DNA from: Myxococcota bacterium
GTDB lineage: Bacteria > Myxococcota_A > Polyangia > Polyangiales > JANWZI01
Reading direction: 5' to 3'
NCBI GenBank assembly: GCA_025054695.1
Contig: JANWZI010000006.1
Coordinates: forward strand, 996-64,995
DNA: 64,000 bases
The notes beneath the pieces were generated by a model. The model ran no database searches, had not been told where the DNA came from, and saw only the letters and a program-made list of their open reading frames with translations. This document shows, one piece after another, positions 58,560 through 64,000 of this stretch (positions within the stretch are counted from its first letter, which is position 1; every line of letters starts with the position of its first letter). Both the position numbers and the translations under genes were made by a program.

Positions 58560-60707
58560 GTGCGCGCGTTGCTGAGGCTCGCCGCGACGCTCCCGCTCAC
58601 GCTGCCGGCCGTCGCACGCACGCAGCCGCTCGAGCGGGCCGCGGCGCTCGCGCGGGAGGGGCGGACGCGGGCGGCGCTCGAGGCCCTCGGAGACGAGCCG
58701 TCCGCTGCGGGGCGGTACCTGGCGGCTCGACTGTATGATAGATTACAAAGCTGGGAGGCGGCGGCGGACGCGTACGCCGCGGTGCTCGTCGCGCCGGACG
58801 TCGGGACCGTGCCCGAGGAGGTTCGTGCGCGTCTGCCGGCCCTGGGCGCCATGGCGGCCGCGCGTGCCTGGCGCTGCGACCCGGCGGCCGCGATGCTCGA
58901 ACGTCTCGAGGCCGATCGGGGACCATTCCAGCAGGAGGCAAGAGCCCTGCTCGCGTTGTGCGCGGTCCGCACCCGCTCCGCGCACGAAGCCATGGCGTCG
59001 CTCGAGCGCGCGCTCGCCCACGGCACCGGCGACGTCGATGCGATGGACTTGGAGCTCGCCCTCGCCACGCTCCAGGCGCAGGCGGGCCGGACGCGTTCGG
59101 CGCTGGAGCGCCTTCGAGGGCTTCGGGCGAGTCGACCGGACCACCCCCGCGCGCAGGACGTCGAGCGGCTGATCGCGCAGCTCGGTGGTCCTGCCGAGCC
59201 CACCGTCGACGAGCGACTCGACCGCGCCGAGCGCTGGTTGGCGATCCGTCTCGCTCCGCGGGCGCTCGAGGAACTGGAGCGCGTCGCGTTCGCGATGGGG
59301 GCCGCCAGCCCGACGCGGCGCGCGCGCTTTCACCACCTGCGGGGCAGGGCGCGGATCGCGGCGCGGCGCGACGCGCAGGCCGCGGCGAGCGACTTCGCGA
59401 CGGCGGCGCGGCTCGGCGGGCCGACGGCCGTCGAGGACGCGTTCTGGCACGCTCGCGCGCTCGAGCGCGCCGGGCTCGACGCGAGGGCCATCGCCGCCTA
59501 TCGGCGGTTCGCGCGGACGCATCCGGGCTCCGCGCGCGCGTCGGATGCGATCCGGCGCGCCGCCCTGCTCGAGATGCAGGCGGGGCGCCCCACCGCGCTC
59601 GAACGCTGGCTGCGCGAGGCGCCCTCGGGCGAGGACGCCGACGTGCATGAAGCGGCGATGCGCCTCGGCCTGCATGCGCTCGACCGCGGGCAGGCTGGCC
59701 GAGCCATCGAGCGCTTCGAGCGGGCGCGCCACGCCGCGCCCGACGGGATGTCGCGCGCGCGCGCGCTGTACTGGTCGGCTCGCGCGCATCTGCAGGGCGG
59801 CGCCCGCGACGCGGCGATCCGTGCCCTGCGCGCCGCGCTCGAGCCCGATCCGCTCGGCTGGTACGCCTTGCTCGCGCGCGACTGGCTCTCGCGCCTCGGT
59901 GCGCCGTTCGCGGACGCGTTCGCCGCGCCGCCGGTCCGAGACCCCGAGCCACCGGTTCCTTCGTTGCCGCTGCCGGCGGCGGTGAGCTGGCACGCGCGGC
60001 TCGGATTGCTCGAAGAGGCGCGCGCCGACCTCGAACGGCACGCTCCGCTGATCCGCGCGCGTCTGCCGCCCGAGCGCGCCGACGCGGAACTGGCGGCGGC
60101 GCGGCTCGCCATCGGAGACGTGCACGGCGCATACCGGCTCGCCGTGCGGGGCCATGGGGCGCGCCTCGCGCGTCCCCCCGACGCGGCCGACGGATGGGTG
60201 TGGGCCGTCGCCTATCCGCGGCCCCACGAGGAACACGTGCGAGCCGCGGCGAGCGCCGAGGGAATCGACCCCGAGCTGATCTGGGCCGTGATGCGGCAGG
60301 AGAGCGCGTACGATCCACGGGCCGTCTCGCGCGCCGGCGCGCGCGGGTTGCTTCAGCTCATGCCCGCCACCGCGCAGGCCATCGCGCGAGTGGAAGGCGC
60401 CTCCGTCGACGACCCCGACGTGCTCTTCGAGCCCGCGCGCAACATCGCTTGGGGCGCGCGTTACCTCGCGCGTCAGCGCGCGCGCTTCGGCTTCCCACTC
60501 GCGCTCGTCGCGTACAACGCGGGCGGACACCGGCTCGAGCGCTGGCTCGGAAGTTGGCCCGGTCTGCCACTCGACGCCTTCGTCGAGCGCATTCCCATCG
60601 ACGAACCGCGCAACTACGTCCGTCGCGTCACGGGGCACCTGGCGCGATACCTGTACTTGTCTGGCCGCCCGGACGAGGCCTTCGCGCTGCTCAGAGCGCC
60701 GCGATGA
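58560..60707 (+). CDS. slt: soluble lytic murein transglycosylase (Slt70-like)
   Basis: ORF 58278..60707 trimmed to GTG 58560, giving VRALLRLAATLPLTLPAVA/RTQ (signal peptide); TTG 58524 is the alternative. A long superhelical Ala/Arg/Leu repeat region is followed by the catalytic domain (AVMRQESAYDP, GLLQLMPATA, AYNAGG). Confidence 0.85.
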   Translation: MRALLRLAATLPLTLPAVARTQPLERAAALAREGRTRAALEALGDEPSAAGRYLAARLYDRLQSWEAAADAYAAVLVAPDVGTVPEEVRARLPALGAMAAARAWRCDPAAAMLERLEADRGPFQQEARALLALCAVRTRSAHEAMASLERALAHGTGDVDAMDLELALATLQAQAGRTRSALERLRGLRASRPDHPRAQDVERLIAQLGGPAEPTVDERLDRAERWLAIRLAPRALEELERVAFAMGAASPTRRARFHHLRGRARIAARRDAQAAASDFATAARLGGPTAVEDAFWHARALERAGLDARAIAAYRRFARTHPGSARASDAIRRAALLEMQAGRPTALERWLREAPSGEDADVHEAAMRLGLHALDRGQAGRAIERFERARHAAPDGMSRARALYWSARAHLQGGARDAAIRALRAALEPDPLGWYALLARDWLSRLGAPFADAFAAPPVRDPEPPVPSLPLPAAVSWHARLGLLEEARADLERHAPLIRARLPPERADAELAAARLAIGDVHGAYRLAVRGHGARLARPPDAADGWVWAVAYPRPHEEHVRAAASAEGIDPELIWAVMRQESAYDPRAVSRAGARGLLQLMPATAQAIARVEGASVDDPDVLFEPARNIAWGARYLARQRARFGFPLALVAYNAGGHRLERWLGSWPGLPLDAFVERIPIDEPRNYVRRVTGHLARYLYLSGRPDEAFALLRAPR

Positions 60708-61770
60708 GCGCCTCGCCCGCAGCGCGTGTGCCGAGCGAGCCGCCCACGTCCGGCGTGCAACGGCCCGCCTCAATGGCGTTCCGAACGAGCTCGACAAGCC
60801 GTACTTCTTCTTCGGGCCAGCCCAGGTGCGAGAGCATCATGCCGACGCTGAGCACGGTGGCGAAGGGATTGGCGAGGTCGCGCCCGGCCAGCGGTGGCGC
60901 GCTGCCGTGCACCGGCTCGAACATCGAGACCCGTCCCGGATGGACGTTGGCGCTCGCGGCCATGCCGAGCCCTCCCTGGAGCGCCGCGCCCAGGTCCGTA
61001 ACGATGTCGCCGAAGAGGTTGCAGGTGACGATGACCTCAAACGGCGACGGGTCGCGCACCAGCTCGTAGCAGAGCGCGTCGATGTAGAGGTGTCGCGCCT
61101 CGATGTCGGGGTAGTCGGCGGCGACCTCGAAGAAGCAGCGGTGCCACAGCCCGTGCGCGTGCGGCATCGCGTTGCTCTTGTCGGCCATGTGCACGCGGCG
61201 CTTGCCGTGCCGCCGCGCCCAGTCGAACGCCGCGCGCACGATGCGCTCGACGCCGCGGCGCGTGTTGACGTCCTCGTTGATCGCGATCTCGTCGATGCCG
61301 TCGCGACGCAGCGTGCCCCCGATGCCCGCGTAGATCCCCTCGGTGTTCTCGCGGAAGACGACGAAGTTGCAGTCGGCCGCTCTCCGTCCCCGCAACGGCA
61401 TCAGGCGGTCGTGCAGACAGACCACGGGCCGGATGTTGCAGTACAGATCGAGGCCCTGACGCAGCCCGAACAGGATGTCGCGCGCATAGCCGAGATCGGG
61501 AACGCGCGGGTCACCCAAGGCGCCGAGCAACACGGCGTCGCACTGCTCGCGTACGAACCGGGCGATCGCCGGCGGCCAGCTCGTCCCATCGCGCAGGTAC
61601 CGCTCGGCGCCCACATCGAGCGGAACGATCTCGATCGGGTAGCCGCGCAGCTCGATCAGCCGTTCGAGCACGCCGACCCCCACGCGGACGACCTCCGGAC
61701 CGATCCCGTCGCCGGCGATGACCGCGACCGTCTTCTTGCCGTTCCGTGCCACGGGGCGCGACGCTAGCAT
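60691..61770 (-). CDS. isocitrate/isopropylmalate dehydrogenase-family enzyme (3-isopropylmalate or tartrate dehydrogenase-like)
   Basis: ORF track. Motifs are [24 protein letters not shown] and [25 protein letters not shown]. Its 3' end overlaps the slt 3' end by 17 nt. Confidence 0.85.
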   Translation of the reverse strand: MLASRPVARNGKKTVAVIAGDGIGPEVVRVGVGVLERLIELRGYPIEIVPLDVGAERYLRDGTSWPPAIARFVREQCDAVLLGALGDPRVPDLGYARDILFGLRQGLDLYCNIRPVVCLHDRLMPLRGRRAADCNFVVFRENTEGIYAGIGGTLRRDGIDEIAINEDVNTRRGVERIVRAAFDWARRHGKRRVHMADKSNAMPHAHGLWHRCFFEVAADYPDIEARHLYIDALCYELVRDPSPFEVIVTCNLFGDIVTDLGAALQGGLGMAASANVHPGRVSMFEPVHGSAPPLAGRDLANPFATVLSVGMMLSHLGWPEEEVRLVELVRNAIEAGRCTPDVGGSLGTRAAGEALIAAL

Positions 61771-61799
61771 GCGTGCGCGCCCCGTCTCGACGCGCGCCG

Positions 61800-62318
61800 A
61801 TGCCCGGACCCGGACCTCTCAGCCATCTGGACGCGCGCGGGCAGGCGCGCATGGTCGACGTGCTCGACAAGCCCATCACCGCCCGCGAGGCGCTCGCCGC
61901 GGGCTTCGTCCGCATGCGGCCCGAAACCCTCGAGCTGCTTCGGCGCGGACGGGCGGCCAAGGGCGAGGTGCTCGGCGTCGCTCGCGTCGCGGCGATCGCG
62001 GCGGCCAAGCGGACGGCGGAGCTCATCCCGCTCTGCCACGGGATCGCGCTCGGCAAGGTCGAGGTGAGCTTCGAGGCCCAGGCCCCGCGTCGGCTCGAGG
62101 TACGCGTCCGGGTGCGCGCGGCGGATCGAACAGGTGTCGAGATGGAGGCCCTTGTCGGCGCGGCGGTGGCGTGTCTGACCGTGTACGACATGCTCAAGGC
62201 CGTCGATCGGGGCATGGTCATCGAGCGGATCGCGTTGCTCGAGAAGCGCGGCGGCCGGAGTGGTCCGTGGCGGCGCGCGGAGCGAGCTGGAGCCACGAGG
62301 CGTCCGCGCCGCGCGTGA
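61800..62318 (+). CDS. moaC: cyclic pyranopterin monophosphate synthase MoaC
   Basis: Inner ATG of ORF 61746..62318. Motifs are [33 protein letters not shown] and YDMLKAVD. The stop TGA 62316-62318 lies at the edge of E18. Confidence 0.9.
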   Translation: MPGPGPLSHLDARGQARMVDVLDKPITAREALAAGFVRMRPETLELLRRGRAAKGEVLGVARVAAIAAAKRTAELIPLCHGIALGKVEVSFEAQAPRRLEVRVRVRAADRTGVEMEALVGAAVACLTVYDMLKAVDRGMVIERIALLEKRGGRSGPWRRAERAGATRRPRRA

Positions 62319-62430
62319 GCGGACACCGAGAGCTCTTTCGGACTCGGACTCGGACTCGGACTCGGACTCGGCCTCCGACTCGGTCTCGGACTCGGACTCG
62401 CACACGGTCTCCGCTCGCGCGGATGTCAGC
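62314..62430. repeat. hexamer-tract inverted-repeat intergenic element, copy E18
   Basis: It fills the moaC/membrane-protein convergent gap. CGTGAGCGGACACCGAG at the moaC TGA, 10 in-phase units (62341-62400, 8 of them GACTCG), module-like CTCGCACACGGTCTCCGC, and the right end GGATGTCAGCC holding the downstream stop (62426-62428). Confidence 0.75.
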
Positions 62431-63991
62431 CACCGTGGGTGGGTTCCGCGGCAACCCGCCGCCGCCACACGCTCCAGCGCGGTCCGCGGAATACGGGTTC
62501 GAACACATCTCGTTCGAACGCGATGCGACCCGGGCCGCCGCGCACCAGCACGTACTCGAACCATCCGAGGTCCCGGACGGGATCGACGCGTTCGGGCATC
62601 CATTCCCAGCGTGGGGGGACGCGCGGGGGACGGTCGTGCTCGCGGAAGACGAACGGCGAGTGGGGAAAGTCGGCGAAGCTGAACATGACCGCGCCCCCGC
62701 GCTCGGCCTGCACCCATCCGGCGGCATGAAGGAATGGCGAGAACCCGACGTACCGCGAGCCGCGATCGAAGACGAGCGCAGCGACGCGCGAGCCGCGGGG
62801 AATGACTTCGAGCGCGCGGTCCAGCTCGCCCGTTTCGTGCCGCTCGACCTCGACGAAGGCGGTCGCGACGGCACGCACGTGTACCACCGCGACGAGGGCG
62901 GCGGCGACGACCCAGAGCGCACCTGGCACTCGGCGCGGGGCCGGAAGCAGCGGGACGAGCCACAGCGCGGCGAGCAGGGGGAAGCGGGCCGCGATGGGCC
63001 AGATCCAGTCGTGCGAGGCAGGCGCGACGAAGTAGGCCGCCACGCACAGCGGACAGAGCAGCCCGACGCGTCGCGTCAGGCTCGCGCCGAGCGCCTCGTC
63101 GGGCGACGGGGGCGCGTCGCGCGGGTCGGGGCCGGCGCCGAGCGCGAGGCCGAGCACGACGAGCAGCCCCCAGAGCACGAGCGCGACGTCGTCCTCGGGG
63201 CCGTGCAGCACGTCGCTCAGCCACATCCACAGCTCACGCAGCGCCTCCGGCACAGGTGTGCGAGCGATCTCGGCGCCCGAGGCCGCCGCCAGCGTGCTGT
63301 GACCGGCGGGCGCGTATTGGGTCCACAGCGCCGTCGCGACGAGGCTCGGAACGAGCGGCAGCAGGCGGCGCGCGCTCGGGCCCCAGCCGTCGCCCACGGC
63401 GAGCAGCCCCGCTCCCATCACGAGCAACGCGAACGGAACGACGTGCGTGTAGAAGCACAACAGCGCGACGACGCCGAGCAGGACCGCCGTGCGGAGGCAC
63501 CAGGCGCGCCGCAGCCGAGCGGCGAGCGCGACGCCCCACAGCGACAGCGGCAGCGCCGCGACGAAGTTGAGGAAGCCCAGAACGAGGTGCGCGTTCCAGG
63601 CGAGCGGCAACACGAGCAACGCGACGCGCTCGTCGCGCCCGAGCGCCCGCAACAACGCCCGCATGGAGTAGGGCAACGCCACGAGACTTGCGCCGACGAG
63701 AAGCTTGACGGCGGTCGATACGCCGAGCGGCCACGCGAGCAGGCAGCCGACCGCGTAGTACGCGAGGTACTGCGTGCGCCACGGCTGCAGCTCGAAATAC
63801 TCGGCGAACCGCAATTCGGGATCGCCGTAATCGAGCCAGACGCGAATGGCGGCCAGATGCTGCGGAAGGTCCTGCAGGGGAGGGCGATCGACCAGCCACA
63901 GCGGCACGGTGCTGCCCACGGCGAGCAGCGCGAACAGCGCCTCGCGGAGCGGACGTCGGCGCAGGGCGTCGGGCACCGGGCGCCGCAGCAT
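62426..63991 (-). CDS. hypothetical polytopic membrane protein
   Basis: ORF track. About 10 hydrophobic helices followed by a soluble C-terminal region. The Met at 63991 is only 9 nt from the window edge, so the true start may lie outside. The stop lies in the E18 arm. Confidence 0.6.
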   Translation of the reverse strand: MLRRPVPDALRRRPLREALFALLAVGSTVPLWLVDRPPLQDLPQHLAAIRVWLDYGDPELRFAEYFELQPWRTQYLAYYAVGCLLAWPLGVSTAVKLLVGASLVALPYSMRALLRALGRDERVALLVLPLAWNAHLVLGFLNFVAALPLSLWGVALAARLRRAWCLRTAVLLGVVALLCFYTHVVPFALLVMGAGLLAVGDGWGPSARRLLPLVPSLVATALWTQYAPAGHSTLAAASGAEIARTPVPEALRELWMWLSDVLHGPEDDVALVLWGLLVVLGLALGAGPDPRDAPPSPDEALGASLTRRVGLLCPLCVAAYFVAPASHDWIWPIAARFPLLAALWLVPLLPAPRRVPGALWVVAAALVAVVHVRAVATAFVEVERHETGELDRALEVIPRGSRVAALVFDRGSRYVGFSPFLHAAGWVQAERGGAVMFSFADFPHSPFVFREHDRPPRVPPRWEWMPERVDPVRDLGWFEYVLVRGGPGRIAFERDVFEPVFRGPRWSVWRRRVAAEPTHGG

Positions 63992-64000
63992 GCCACGGGC

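Overview
The window is a very GC-rich bacterial chromosome segment (over 70% G+C by eye, not computed). It is almost certainly from a myxobacterium: it has a MYXO-CTERM-type sorting tail on a secreted metalloprotease, a double-FHA sigma54 activator, and many lipobox and Cys-rich envelope proteins. I support about 55 protein-coding genes, mostly core housekeeping. These include mreB-mreC-mreD-mrdA-rodA plus a coupled C-N hydrolase, lon, smpB, folD, deoC, moaC, lolA, grxD-bolA, a Sir2/CobB deacylase, comF and an Slt-type lytic transglycosylase. There is also a Wbp-like amino-sugar gene pair, several glycosyltransferase and methyltransferase genes, and a large block of envelope redox and lipoprotein genes at 30-42 kb. 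I recognised no rRNA, tRNA, CRISPR array, transposase, integrase or prophage gene. Functions were assigned by reading motifs in the supplied translations, with no database search. Starts were re-picked where the six-frame ORF was obviously over-extended. The outstanding feature is non-coding. At least 20 copies of one composite intergenic element (my labels E1-E20) occupy most of the larger intergenic gaps. Each copy is about 90-320 bp and has imperfect inverted-repeat arms (GTCTGACGGCGGCGGTCACGT... / ...ACGTGACCGCCGCYGTCAGAC), a conserved sub-terminal module (CTCGCAACACTCCTCGGCTACG or its complement), and a central, strictly phased hexanucleotide tract (GAGNCS)n of 3 to 33 or more units. The arms repeatedly contain the stop codons of the flanking genes. 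Nine of the ten convergent gene junctions in the window carry a copy. The tracts explain most of the very long artefactual ORFs in the track. I cannot tell from the sequence alone whether this family has already been described.
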